Shown here: positions 1 to 8,913 of the stretch, piece after piece | Position numbering within the stretch: the first letter of the stretch is position 1 | Layout: each line of letters opens with the position of its first letter | NCBI GenBank assembly: GCA_003540955.1 | Contig: DPMX01000016.1 | Coordinates: 1 to 33,970 of the forward strand | DNA length: 33,970 nt | Reading direction: 5' to 3' | Source: Gammaproteobacteria bacterium | GTDB lineage: Bacteria; Pseudomonadota; Gammaproteobacteria; Ga0077536 | Made by a program: the position numbers and the translations under genes | Notes under the pieces: generated by a model | What the model saw: only the letters and a program-made list of their open reading frames with translations | What the model was told of the DNA's origin: nothing | Database searches by the model: none

Positions 1-483
1 CTCATACAGAATAATGCCGCTTGCCACCGATACGTTGAGTGATTCAACCATTCCCATCAGCGGGACATGGAGGCGTACGTCTGCAGCACCCAGCGCTTCG
101 GCAGATAAGCCGTCCAATTCTGACCCAACCACAATGACCGACGGCAAAGTGTAATCTATTGCTCTAAAGTCGACGGTTCCAGGCCCCACGGTCGTCGCCA
201 AAATCCTAAATCCTCGGTTACGGAACGCCGAATAGGCAGCTGCAATCGTCAAATGTTGTCGAACAGTGATCCACTTTTCCGTACCACAGGCAGCCTTATG
301 ATCTAATTTAACGGCCGTTGGATCCGTCGAGATGGCATGGATTTCACCGATTCCCGCACCATCACAAGTCCTTGCCACGGCGCCAAGGTTCCTAGTTTTA
401 TGCACATTCTCCATCGCAATGGTGAGATCTATTTGTCGACGAGACAATGTTCGGACAATCCGTTCAAACCTTCTAGAACCCAC
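1..483 (-). CDS. trmH: SpoU/TrmH-family RNA 2'-O-ribose methyltransferase; the 3' end runs off the left edge of the window
   Basis: This gene is absent from the supplied ORF track because it has no stop in the window. Manual reverse-complement translation of 483..1 is open for all 161 codons: VGSRRFERIVRTLSRRQIDLTIAMENVHKTRNLGAVARTCDGAGIGEIHAI...FRILATTVGPGTVDFRAIDYTLPSVIVVGSELDGLSAEALGAADVRLHVPLMGMVESLNVSVASGIILYE. It is collinear with E. coli TrmH as I remember it, including the C-terminal SLNVSVA..I.LYE knot motif. An in-frame TAG lies four codons upstream of the GTG at 483..481. Confidence 0.8.
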   Translation of the reverse strand, partial: MGSRRFERIVRTLSRRQIDLTIAMENVHKTRNLGAVARTCDGAGIGEIHAISTDPTAVKLDHKAACGTEKWITVRQHLTIAAAYSAFRNRGFRILATTVGPGTVDFRAIDYTLPSVIVVGSELDGLSAEALGAADVRLHVPLMGMVESLNVSVASGIILYE

Positions 484-550
484 CGATCTTCCTAGCTAAA
501 TACATGATTAAATAAAAACTCTCAAAGCGACGTTGGACGGAGCCTTCCCA

Positions 551-949
551 TTATGATCGAAGACCGACAATTGATTCTTCCCAATTTACCCCATCAAAGG
601 CTTCGATATTCATCCGCGTAACGCTGCCGCGCTTCACGCATCTCGCATTGACACTGTAAGCGTTTGGGTGAGATCGTGGGATATAAAAGGATTTTATCCC
701 GCAACTAGAACAAAATAGATGTTGCGCGGTTTGTGTATTAAACGTGTAGCTAGTTAGGATTTTATCGCCAGATAAGAGAGAAAAATCGTTAGCATCTACA
801 ATCAGATGCAGGAATCCGCTCATAGAGCAAACGCTACAATTACAATCAATTACTGTAATATTTGGAGGTGCCAGGAACTCGAACTGGACTGCTCCACAGT
901 GACAACCACCATAATGAACAACTTTATGATCGGCGGTCGATGTATTCAT
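551..949 (-). CDS. GFA-family (glutathione-dependent formaldehyde-activating / CENP-V-like) Cys-rich zinc-binding protein
   Basis: This is track ORF 551..1036. It carries the GFA Cys pattern GGCHCGAVQFE ... CNCSVCSMSG ... FCSSCG. I chose the internal ATG at 949..947 (MNTSTADHK...) because the 29 upstream codons lie inside the preceding gene. That ATG also overlaps the preceding gene's TGA as ATGA. Confidence 0.7.
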   Translation of the reverse strand: MNTSTADHKVVHYGGCHCGAVQFEFLAPPNITVIDCNCSVCSMSGFLHLIVDANDFSLLSGDKILTSYTFNTQTAQHLFCSSCGIKSFYIPRSHPNAYSVNARCVKRGSVTRMNIEAFDGVNWEESIVGLRS

Positions 950-1173
950 TTTCTGGATTGCTCCATTATTGCGCTCACAGAAGCATAGCTTGAAACGCAG
1001 TATGGAACACAATAGGTCAGAGCGATCTTTATCCACGCATTGAAATCAAGAGAATAAGGATACAACCTATCCCAATAATTTATTAGTACAAGTAACGTAC
1101 CGACGATTACGGCCACTGTTAGTGAACGCAGCACAACGTCGGCGCGGAACAAAATAGTAAGCCAAGGTTTCAT
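946..1173 (-). CDS. Small two-TM membrane protein resembling the NrtS family (putative nitrate/nitrite transporter)
   Basis: The 75-aa ORF reads MKPWLTILFRADVVLRSLTVAVIVGTLLVLINYWDRL...ALTYCVPYCVSSYASVSAIME. The size and the pattern (V.R.L..A..VG..L..IN..D ... L....VPY.VS..S.V.A) match NrtS-family proteins as I recall them. Confidence 0.55.
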   Translation of the reverse strand: MKPWLTILFRADVVLRSLTVAVIVGTLLVLINYWDRLYPYSLDFNAWIKIALTYCVPYCVSSYASVSAIMEQSRK

Positions 1174-1342
1174 TGCGATAAAAACGAAATCTCTATAATT
1201 ATAAGCAAAGGAATTTCATCCCTCTGCGCACTTTGAATGAATTAGTATAATCTCTCCATTGGGCGCCAAACAGAACGCTGACATACGGCTGAAAATAGAG
1301 CTTATTAAAACCCTATAACTGCTAGCGTATTCGTCAAATATC

Positions 1343-2260
1343 ATGATCGAAGTTCGCAATCTAATCTTTGAATATCCTGGCCATCGTGCAATCGACGACG
1401 TTAGTTTTTCAATCGAAACTGATAGCGTTACCGCCTTAGTCGGGCCAAACGGTGCCGGGAAAACAACGTTAATGCGTTGTTTATGCGGCCTCGAGCGGCC
1501 ATTATCTGGCGACATTTTTGTTGCCGGCATAGATGTCATCAAAGACCCGCGACGTTCGCATAAGACAATTGGGTATCTTGCAGACACTTTTGGCTTATAC
1601 GACGAACTGCAGGTTAGGCAATGCCTACGTTATGCTGCCGAAGCCAATGGTGTGAAAAACCAAATTGACATCTCCGTAACCCAAACCGCAGAGCGACTTA
1701 ACCTAACGGATCGCCTCACGCAAAGGGTTGGCGGGTTATCACGTGGTCTGCGTCAGAGGGTCGCGATAGGCCAGGCAATAATACATGAGCCTCGTGTTTT
1801 AATACTCGACGAGCCCGCCTCTGGCCTCGATCCAGAGGCACGCCATGATTTAGCGGAACTAATCAAAATCCTAAAGGTATCTGGCATGACTTCTCTAGTG
1901 TCGTCTCACATTCTGGCAGAGCTTGGAGCTTATGCAACCGAGATGCTCATGCTACGTGATGGTCAGATCATCGAACAACGACTGCTAGGAAAACAGACCG
2001 AGAGTCGCCGGCATATATCAATTGAACTTCTCACAGCCAACCCCGCAATCGCCGAAATGCTTTCGACAAGACCCGAGGTCCACTCGGTTAACACTGATGG
2101 TGCTCGGATAATCTGCGAGGTATCGGGTGGCAACCATACACAGCAGCGATTACTCGCTACGCTGGTCGCAGCCGATGCGGCGGTCGTAAATTTTTCGACT
2201 GTTGAACAAGACCTACAGCGCTCGTACCTGGATAGTATAAGGCAACGACAAACCAAATGA
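1343..2260 (+). CDS. ABC transporter ATP-binding protein (ABC-2/exporter type with a C-terminal extension)
   Basis: Walker A GPNGAGKTT, ABC signature LSRGLRQRV, Walker B LILDEPASGLD and H-loop SSHIL are all present. Its stop overlaps the next ATG (ATGA at 2257-2260). Confidence 0.9.
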   Translation: MIEVRNLIFEYPGHRAIDDVSFSIETDSVTALVGPNGAGKTTLMRCLCGLERPLSGDIFVAGIDVIKDPRRSHKTIGYLADTFGLYDELQVRQCLRYAAEANGVKNQIDISVTQTAERLNLTDRLTQRVGGLSRGLRQRVAIGQAIIHEPRVLILDEPASGLDPEARHDLAELIKILKVSGMTSLVSSHILAELGAYATEMLMLRDGQIIEQRLLGKQTESRRHISIELLTANPAIAEMLSTRPEVHSVNTDGARIICEVSGGNHTQQRLLATLVAADAAVVNFSTVEQDLQRSYLDSIRQRQTK

Positions 2261-3588
2261 TCTTAAACCCTGAATTGCGGCGCAATCTTCTCCTCGAGTG
2301 TAATACACATAGGTTTATTTTGGTTGGTGGCGTTCTCACAGGAGTATTCACGCTGGTCAGTCTGTTCAATCCAAACGGCTCTGGAAACCTTGCCGCTAAT
2401 GTAGGCCTTGTTATCTTCGTGTTGACGACAATGGTGTGGGGCAGTCACCGGGCGGGAGAATCTTTACTCGATGAACTTCGCGCGCGAACCTGGGATGCAC
2501 AGCGCATGTCTGCATTAAGCCCCTGGTCGATGACGTGGGGCAAGCTAGCCGGCGCGACAGTAATACCTTGGTTCGCAGGGAGTATTTCACTTTGCGTTTA
2601 TTTCTTCGGGCGGCAAGGAGCGACCGTCTTCGAGCGGATGGAGATAATCGCAACCTGTGTTGCCGCGGGAATCCTCGTTCAATCCCTAAGCCTTATCGGT
2701 GCACTGGTAGGTACCCATGTCGACAAACATGGGAAAAGTACACTGACGAGCTGGGCTACCGTTGGCATTCTAGCTTTGCTGTACGCTTATTTTTCCATTT
2801 ACTACAAATCTACCGATGAAATTCTGTGGTATGGAACGTCCTATAACCATACTAACTTTCTCACCGCTTCGGTGTTCGCATTGGCTGTGTGGAACTCCGT
2901 TGGTGCCTATCGATTAATGTGCATGGAACTTGCAATCGCTACAAAGCCATGGGCGTGGATCGGTTTTGTGCTATACCTAACTATCTATTTTACCGGCGCA
3001 TATATCCCGGCCGACTGCCCACTCCCACGGGCAATCGGACTAGCGGCGGCAATAGGGTTGGTCGTATCTATTGGCGCGACCTATCTTTCTGCATTCGCGC
3101 TATATCGCGATCCTCTGACGTTTCGACGCCTTAAAACCTACGTCAGGAATAAGACACACCGAGAGCTTTTTGAAGACGTTCCGATCTGGATGGCGTCCTT
3201 AGCCGTGGCTGCACTGTGCATGCTCGTTTGCGTTGCTATGCATTTTGCGCCTGAGTATTCCTCACTACGAATCGAAAATGTAAGGTTAGGAGCTATCGCG
3301 ATATGGTTATACGCGATACGTGACCTCACCGTGTTGTTTTATTTTACCTATAGGGGAACGAGTAGGAGTGTAGAATCCTCGACAGTAATACTTCTCGCGC
3401 TTTTGTATTGGGCACTACCAAGTATTCTTGAATCTATGGGCCTACAAAAACTGAGCTGGCTGCTCCGCCCGCCAATATGGGATCAGCCGATCCCATCCAT
3501 AGTCATCATTGGTGTGCAAGTGCTTATCTTTAGTGCACTTTGCTTACGACGTTATCGGCAACATATTTCACCATTGAGATTCAGCTAA
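2257..3588 (+). CDS. Polytopic membrane protein (about 12 predicted TM helices), presumed permease partner of the ABC ATPase; family not recognised
   Basis: The 443-aa ORF is translationally coupled to the ATPase. Hydrophobic ~20-aa segments recur throughout, for example FILVGGVLTGVFTLVSLF, LAANVGLVIFVLTTMVWG and IPSIVIIGVQVLIFSALCL. I see no soluble domain. Confidence 0.6.
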   Translation: MILNPELRRNLLLECNTHRFILVGGVLTGVFTLVSLFNPNGSGNLAANVGLVIFVLTTMVWGSHRAGESLLDELRARTWDAQRMSALSPWSMTWGKLAGATVIPWFAGSISLCVYFFGRQGATVFERMEIIATCVAAGILVQSLSLIGALVGTHVDKHGKSTLTSWATVGILALLYAYFSIYYKSTDEILWYGTSYNHTNFLTASVFALAVWNSVGAYRLMCMELAIATKPWAWIGFVLYLTIYFTGAYIPADCPLPRAIGLAAAIGLVVSIGATYLSAFALYRDPLTFRRLKTYVRNKTHRELFEDVPIWMASLAVAALCMLVCVAMHFAPEYSSLRIENVRLGAIAIWLYAIRDLTVLFYFTYRGTSRSVESSTVILLALLYWALPSILESMGLQKLSWLLRPPIWDQPIPSIVIIGVQVLIFSALCLRRYRQHISPLRFS

Positions 3589-4789
3589 AAAGGTGCTGAC
3601 CGATACGAAACCCTGCTAAGTAGGTCCCCACTGCCGAACCGATCGTGGAAAATACAAATACAAGCAATGTTCGGGCGACACGGTTATGACGCCAACCACG
3701 AAAGCTCGATGTATCGCGACGTAAAGTCGAAAAATCCCCAACAGTGGGTTTGCGAATATAGCTTTCCACCAATGCTGTAACGAAACCTGCCCCAATCGTT
3801 GGATTGAGTGAGGTTATAGGTGCTGCGACAAAGGCGCTGACAACGGTAAATACGTGGCCCCCAGCAATCCCCGCCCCCAATGCAGATAATCCGCCATTTA
3901 TAACAACCCATTCGACAACAAGCGTCCAGCCTAGCGCCGGACTACGTTGAAATCCAATTGCGAATCCGACGACTACAAAAGCCACAATTAGCCCTGGAAT
4001 CCACTTGACCCACTTGCGGCCTGCAGGGATCTGAGCAAGTTCATCGATAATTTCACCGGGGTCACTATCATTAATAAGCAAACTAGCTTCTAACCCTTTT
4101 AGATGACCAGCCCCAACGACCGCAAGTATACGCCGAGGCTTACCGGCCGCTAGTTGCCTAAGTTTCGCCGCCATAAATTGATCACGTTCAGCAATCAATG
4201 GCTCGTAGATTTCAGAGGCGGTTTCTGAAAACTGGACCAACGTAGTCTCCAGTAAATCCCCCTGTTTAAGCTTCTCAACAGCTTCCTCATCGATGTCCTC
4301 GTCCATTACGACGCTCGTAATCAGACCCGAAAACAAATAGACGCGCCGCCACCACGGAATGTTTCGGTAAACGCGTTTCAGTGTCGTACCAATTTCTCGA
4401 TCGATTAATTCAAGCAGACAACCTTTGTCCCGCGCTTTATCTATCGCAACGCGCATTTCGGCACCCGGTTCTATACCAAATTGGTCTGCTATTCGCTGCT
4501 GAAATGCGCCGATAGCCAGCATTGCACTCACCATCGGCGCTCGACCAGTTTTTATCACCTGGAACAGATCCATCCTCTGCAAAGCCTCTGGTTCTTCAAA
4601 GGCCCTGTAACGACTATCACACAGTTCGATCGCAACTACCTCCCACTTACCCGTGGAAATTTCGTGTTCAACCGCTTCCGCACTAATACGCGAGACATGT
4701 GCAGTACCAAGGAGCCGGATAGATGTTTCACCAAGTTTTATGTCAACAAAAGGTTGTTCAGCCGGGAACATATTCTCGCGTTTATCCAA
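3581..4789 (-). CDS. TraB/GumN-family protein with a C-terminal membrane domain
   Basis: The N-terminal motif IRLLGTAHVS and the later VVGAGHLKG are typical of the TraB ('pheromone shutdown') family. The C-terminal ~130 aa are hydrophobic. A TTG start at 4789 is preceded by AGGGGGA. The 3' end overlaps the convergent gene by 8 nt. Confidence 0.7.
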   Translation of the reverse strand: MDKRENMFPAEQPFVDIKLGETSIRLLGTAHVSRISAEAVEHEISTGKWEVVAIELCDSRYRAFEEPEALQRMDLFQVIKTGRAPMVSAMLAIGAFQQRIADQFGIEPGAEMRVAIDKARDKGCLLELIDREIGTTLKRVYRNIPWWRRVYLFSGLITSVVMDEDIDEEAVEKLKQGDLLETTLVQFSETASEIYEPLIAERDQFMAAKLRQLAAGKPRRILAVVGAGHLKGLEASLLINDSDPGEIIDELAQIPAGRKWVKWIPGLIVAFVVVGFAIGFQRSPALGWTLVVEWVVINGGLSALGAGIAGGHVFTVVSAFVAAPITSLNPTIGAGFVTALVESYIRKPTVGDFSTLRRDTSSFRGWRHNRVARTLLVFVFSTIGSAVGTYLAGFRIGQHLFS

Positions 4790-4955
4790 TGGTCCCCCTA
4801 AATCTATTTCTTGTTTCTACGGACGATTACTTTTGGTAAGGCCAACATACCGCGTCGCTCCACACCTTCACGTTCGCTCCGTCACCCACCACGCTCAGCT
4901 GGCACAACAAATCTCTCGCCAAGTAAACGTGCCATGCCTTGAGTTGCGGATATCT

Positions 4956-4986
4956 GTACCCGTTTTCCTACGACTGAAATGGGTAC
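4956..4986. other. Inverted repeat (10-bp stem including one G-T pair, 11-nt loop) in the traB-rep spacer
   Basis: GTACCCGTTT (4956-4965) pairs with AAATGGGTAC (4977-4986). Neither side is followed by a T-run, so this is not a canonical terminator. Confidence 0.3.
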
Positions 4987-5116
4987 CCATCCGAAACACA
5001 ATCCCACATTTTCATACAAGCGCGTTAGAATCCAACCATATTATTTTAAAACCTTTGGACAGGACAGGGTACTCTCTAATACTTTGCGATTCTGACCTAA
5101 TTTAATAGAGATCTAT

Positions 5117-7111
5117 GTGACAACATTAAATTCCCGTCAACGCGACGCAGTCCGCTACATAGACGGCCCACTTCTTGTCCTTGCGGGCGCGGGGAGTGGT
5201 AAAACTAGCGTAATTACCGAAAAAATCTCATCTCTGATAAAGCGAGCTGTCCTCGAGCCCGAACAGATCGCTGCGATAACTTTCACTAACAAAGCAGCAA
5301 ACGAAATGCGCAGTCGGCTAAAGCGAAAACAAATCGATTCTAAGCCTTGGATCTCGACATTTCACACTCTCGGGTTGCGGGTATTCCGGCACGAATTCAA
5401 CAAACTCCAGTACCGTCCTGGATTCTCAATCGTGGACAGCAAAGACTGCGAAAACCTAATTGCGGATATCCTACGAAGATCGACAGCCGACGACATGCCG
5501 GAGATCCGTGCGATCCAAGCTAAGATCTCTGGGTTCAAATCATCACTTCTGACACCACAAACCCTAACATTAGATGGAGCGGATTCTATAACCCGAATTG
5601 CGGCTGAATGCTACACCCAGTATGACAAGACCCTCAAGATCTATAATGCAGTCGACTTCGACGACCTAATTATGCGGCCAGTTATGCTACTACAGACAGA
5701 TTCGGTTGCCCGAACTTTTTGGCAAAATGAGATCCGTTATCTCCTAGTAGACGAGTACCAAGATACGAACCTCTCACAATACGAGTTCATTCGCTTACTA
5801 GTTGGAGAGGAAGGTATGTTCACCGTAGTTGGGGACGACGATCAGTCGATCTACGCTTGGCGTGGTGCAAGACCTGAAAACTTGGTTACATTACAGACGG
5901 ATTTTCCTAAGCTCAAAGTCGTAAAACTCGAGCAAAATTACCGATCAGTTGGGACGATTTTGAACGCCGCTAACCACTTAATTTCAAACAACCCTCATGC
6001 TTTTTCCAAAAGGCTTTGGAGTGAACGCGGTCACGGCAAGAAAATTCTAGTCAACGCAGCCAAAGATGAACATGACGAAGTCGACTTTATCGCTAATAAG
6101 ATTTTACACGCGCGGATGGTAAAGGGTCACAAATTTAATGACTACGCTGTATTAATTCGTAATAACCATCAAGCACGTTTATTTGAAAGTGCATTTCGCG
6201 CACGTGAAATCCCGTATGTACTTTCCGGTGGACACTCGTTCTTCGACTATACCGAGATAAAAGATCTGATATGCTACCTACGCGTTATCGCAAACCCAGA
6301 TGACGACAGTGCACTGCTAAGGATTATTAATACACCTCGACGCGGCATCGGCACAAATACGGTCCAAAAACTTATCTCCGGCGCTGGGAAACTGGGTTTA
6401 CGGTTAGTTTCCGCCGGTTGCGCTCCGACTTTCCACTCAGACCTCTCGATTCAATCCTCAAAACATCTTGCTGAGTTCTTTTCTTGGATCACGGGACTAC
6501 AGAAACTCGCCGAATACGAAGCACCGGCGACTCTTGCTGACCGCCTGATTAAAGATATTGATTATCAGGACTGGATTCGTAAAACCAGCAAATCCGAGGA
6601 CGACGCTAAAAAGCGGACCGATAATATTGATGAATTAGTAAACTGGATTAGGAGAATTCAATCTAACGATGTACCAAAATCACTTCCCGACGTTGTTGCT
6701 GCTCTCACCCTATTCGATATCGTCGATCGCCAAGAAGAAGATGAAACTGGTGACAACGTCGCTCTGATGACACTGCATGCTGCCAAAGGTTTAGAATTCC
6801 CGCATGTGTTTCTCGCTGGATTTGAAGAAAATATCCTGCCACACAAATCTAGTACTGAAACCGAAGCGATAGAGGAAGAACGTCGGGTCGCTTATGTCGG
6901 GATTACCCGTGCGCAACTTTCTTTAGCGTTATCGTTTGCACGCTCACGGCGTCGATACGGACAGATCGAACGTTGCGAACCTAGTCGCTTCATTGCCGAG
7001 CTCCCGAAAGACGACCTAGCCTGGGTGGGAGAAAACGACACTAGCGCAAGCGGCCGTCTTGTCGGTACAAATACCTTATCGTCACTAAAAGAAATGTTAA
7101 AAACCTCATAG
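5117..7111 (+). CDS. rep: ATP-dependent DNA helicase Rep (UvrD/Rep superfamily 1)
   Basis: Motifs present are LAGAGSGKT, FTNKAANEM, LLVDEYQDTN, VGDDDQSIYAWRGA, LEQNYRS, TLHAAKGLEF and VGITRA. The 664-aa length and an N-terminus collinear with E. coli Rep favour Rep over UvrD. The start is GTG, because the nearby ATG at 5115 runs straight into TGA. Confidence 0.85.
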   Translation: MTTLNSRQRDAVRYIDGPLLVLAGAGSGKTSVITEKISSLIKRAVLEPEQIAAITFTNKAANEMRSRLKRKQIDSKPWISTFHTLGLRVFRHEFNKLQYRPGFSIVDSKDCENLIADILRRSTADDMPEIRAIQAKISGFKSSLLTPQTLTLDGADSITRIAAECYTQYDKTLKIYNAVDFDDLIMRPVMLLQTDSVARTFWQNEIRYLLVDEYQDTNLSQYEFIRLLVGEEGMFTVVGDDDQSIYAWRGARPENLVTLQTDFPKLKVVKLEQNYRSVGTILNAANHLISNNPHAFSKRLWSERGHGKKILVNAAKDEHDEVDFIANKILHARMVKGHKFNDYAVLIRNNHQARLFESAFRAREIPYVLSGGHSFFDYTEIKDLICYLRVIANPDDDSALLRIINTPRRGIGTNTVQKLISGAGKLGLRLVSAGCAPTFHSDLSIQSSKHLAEFFSWITGLQKLAEYEAPATLADRLIKDIDYQDWIRKTSKSEDDAKKRTDNIDELVNWIRRIQSNDVPKSLPDVVAALTLFDIVDRQEEDETGDNVALMTLHAAKGLEFPHVFLAGFEENILPHKSSTETEAIEEERRVAYVGITRAQLSLALSFARSRRRYGQIERCEPSRFIAELPKDDLAWVGENDTSASGRLVGTNTLSSLKEMLKTS

Positions 7112-7258
7112 GCGATGCCCCTCTTTCCTTAGCTACTGAACGGCGCTCAGTGCTGCTTCACGTTCATCAGCGTCTAAATCGCACATGCGACAGTCTTTTG
7201 TCATGGCAAGTGGAGAACGGCTACTCTAAAATAATGTGATGCTGTAGCCCGATCTGGG

Positions 7259-8149
7259 CTAGGATGCTTTACACTTCGAGTCTAACAACCAGTCGCTCAC
7301 ACCAAAATAATCAACTTTAGAACCACCTGACAGTCCTCGGAAATCGAACAACTCCGTATCTGCTAAATGCGACGGTGAAACTGATTGCAGACTCCGGAAA
7401 ATATTTTCTAAACGTCCCGGATGCTCTAACTCCCACCTAGTCAACATCTTTTTGATTTGAACGCGCTGTAAATGTTTTTGATTACCGCATAGGTTGCACG
7501 GAATGATCGGGTAGTTTCGGAAAATTGAGTAATTCTCTATATCTGCCTCGCTGCAATAAGCGAGTGGTCGTATGACGACATTCTTACCGTCATCACTACG
7601 TAACTTCGGTGGCATTGCTTTTAACCGAGATCCGAAAAACATGTTCAAAAAAAATGTTTCAATGATATCGTCTCGGTGGTGCCCAAGGGCTATTTTGTTA
7701 ACGCCATGTTTTTCGGCGAATGTATACAATATTCCACGTCGAAAGCGAGAGCAAGCACTACACATTGTCTTACCTTTGGCTACTACCCGCTTTACAACGC
7801 TATACGTGTCTTGCTCGATTATATGATATTCAATACCAAGGTCGTCGAGATACTTTGGCAGTACATGCTGCGGGAATCCGGGTTGCTTTTGGTCAAGGTT
7901 AACAGCGATCAGATCAAAACTGACTGGGGCCTTCCTCTTTAAACTAAGTAATAGATCTAGCATTGTGTAGGAGTCTTTCCCACCTGATAGGCAAACCATG
8001 AGTTTGTCCCCCGCCTCAATCATGGAAAAATCGGCGATTGCCCGGCCGACATTCCGACGGAGCTTTTTTTGCAGTTTATTGACGTTTATTTTTAATCTCG
8101 ATTTAACCATCGCATTATTGAGGAGATTTACCGCACCAAAGTAAGTCAC
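7259..8149 (-). CDS. ttcA: tRNA 2-thiocytidine(32) synthetase TtcA
   Basis: [22 protein letters not shown]...[15 protein letters not shown] contains the PP-loop SGGKDS. The Cys motifs [10 protein letters not shown] and CNLCGNQ are also present. The sequence is collinear with E. coli TtcA from memory. The start is ambiguous between 8149 (GTG) and 8110 (ATG). Confidence 0.85.
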   Translation of the reverse strand: MTYFGAVNLLNNAMVKSRLKINVNKLQKKLRRNVGRAIADFSMIEAGDKLMVCLSGGKDSYTMLDLLLSLKRKAPVSFDLIAVNLDQKQPGFPQHVLPKYLDDLGIEYHIIEQDTYSVVKRVVAKGKTMCSACSRFRRGILYTFAEKHGVNKIALGHHRDDIIETFFLNMFFGSRLKAMPPKLRSDDGKNVVIRPLAYCSEADIENYSIFRNYPIIPCNLCGNQKHLQRVQIKKMLTRWELEHPGRLENIFRSLQSVSPSHLADTELFDFRGLSGGSKVDYFGVSDWLLDSKCKAS

Positions 8150-8190
8150 GAAACCTTACGACATGTAACAACCAAAATTAATAGACTAGG

Positions 8191-8841
8191 CTAATAAAGC
8201 TCGTTGCGGTAATTGTCTTCGATATATTCGTCCGCGCTCTTCACCTCGTCCTCCGCAGGCGGATTACCTGCATCAGCCGTTTGATCAAGAATCATCTTCC
8301 CGAGAGAAGGCATTTCACTACGATCTTGACGACTTTCTGGATCCCAGAGCTTCGATCGGCGAAACGCCTTCGCGCAATGCAAGTACGCCTCTTCAACTGC
8401 GACCAAAACACCTACCTTTGGGATCTTTCCTTTTACAGCACAACGCTCAAGCAGTGCAGGATCTTTAACGACCGTAGCACGGCCGTTCACACGTAAGGTC
8501 TCATCGTACCCTGGAACCAGGAACAGAAGACCGACATTCGGATTCTCGGTAATATTGATCAACGTATCAACTCGATTGTTTCCGGGGCGTTCCGGGATAA
8601 AAATAGTGTTGTCGTCCAAGACCAGTACGAAGCCGGGTTTATCGCCTCTCGGCGACACATCAGCCTTACCATTGGCACTCGCCGTGCCTATAGTTAAAAA
8701 GGGAGAGCGCCGGACTAACTCACGACAATATTTATCGAGCCTTGGAAGCGCCTTCTTAGCTGCTAATTCCATCGGGGTTCCTATCACTCCCCGCACCGAA
8801 TCCTCGTCGGCTAATACTGCTGCAAAAGGACTATTACTCAT
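8191..8841 (-). CDS. PPOX-fold (pyridoxamine 5'-phosphate oxidase-like) FMN-binding flavoprotein, MSMEG_1061-like
   Basis: SPFLTIGTASANGKADVSPRGDKPGFVLVLDDNTIFIPERPGNNRVDTL..NPNVGLLFLVPGYDETLRVNG...EEAYLHCAKAFRRSKLW matches my recollection of that family. The start is taken at the ATG (MSNSPF...); the track start is 8871. Confidence 0.65.
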   Translation of the reverse strand: MSNSPFAAVLADEDSVRGVIGTPMELAAKKALPRLDKYCRELVRRSPFLTIGTASANGKADVSPRGDKPGFVLVLDDNTIFIPERPGNNRVDTLINITENPNVGLLFLVPGYDETLRVNGRATVVKDPALLERCAVKGKIPKVGVLVAVEEAYLHCAKAFRRSKLWDPESRQDRSEMPSLGKMILDQTADAGNPPAEDEVKSADEYIEDNYRNELY

Positions 8842-8913
8842 GATATCACCCGCTGATTGATTTGATATCACCCACTATAGCAAACAGACTCGCTGGCTGG
8901 TGGCAAAAAGCTA

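Noticed and set aside
1216-1587. 123-aa ORF on the minus strand overlapping the start of the ABC ATPase gene
   Set aside because: It is antisense to a gene with unmistakable Walker A, signature and Walker B motifs. Its own product (Arg/Ser/Pro-rich, MSARYPIVLCERRGS...) matches no family.
4900-4916. TGGCAC hexamer resembling the -24 element of a sigma-54 promoter
   Set aside because: The sequence at the -12 position is ATCT, not TTGC(A/T). A second candidate (TGGAACACTTGCAT near 29445) has the wrong GG-to-GC spacing. No enhancer-binding protein gene is nearby.
4653-5105. 150-aa plus-strand ORF spanning the traB-rep spacer
   Set aside because: Its only Met codons lie inside the traB gene in antisense. 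The remainder is Arg/His/Ser/Leu-rich with no recognisable domain or RBS, so it is most likely a chance open frame.
7112-7258. Possible terminators between the convergent rep and ttcA genes: a TCGC-acat-GCGA stem followed by a TCTTTT run near 7180-7205, and a TAGCCC/GGGCTA stem at about 7245-7262
   Set aside because: The stems are only 4-6 bp, and the second overlaps the ttcA stop codon. They are too weak to report as terminators without folding energies.
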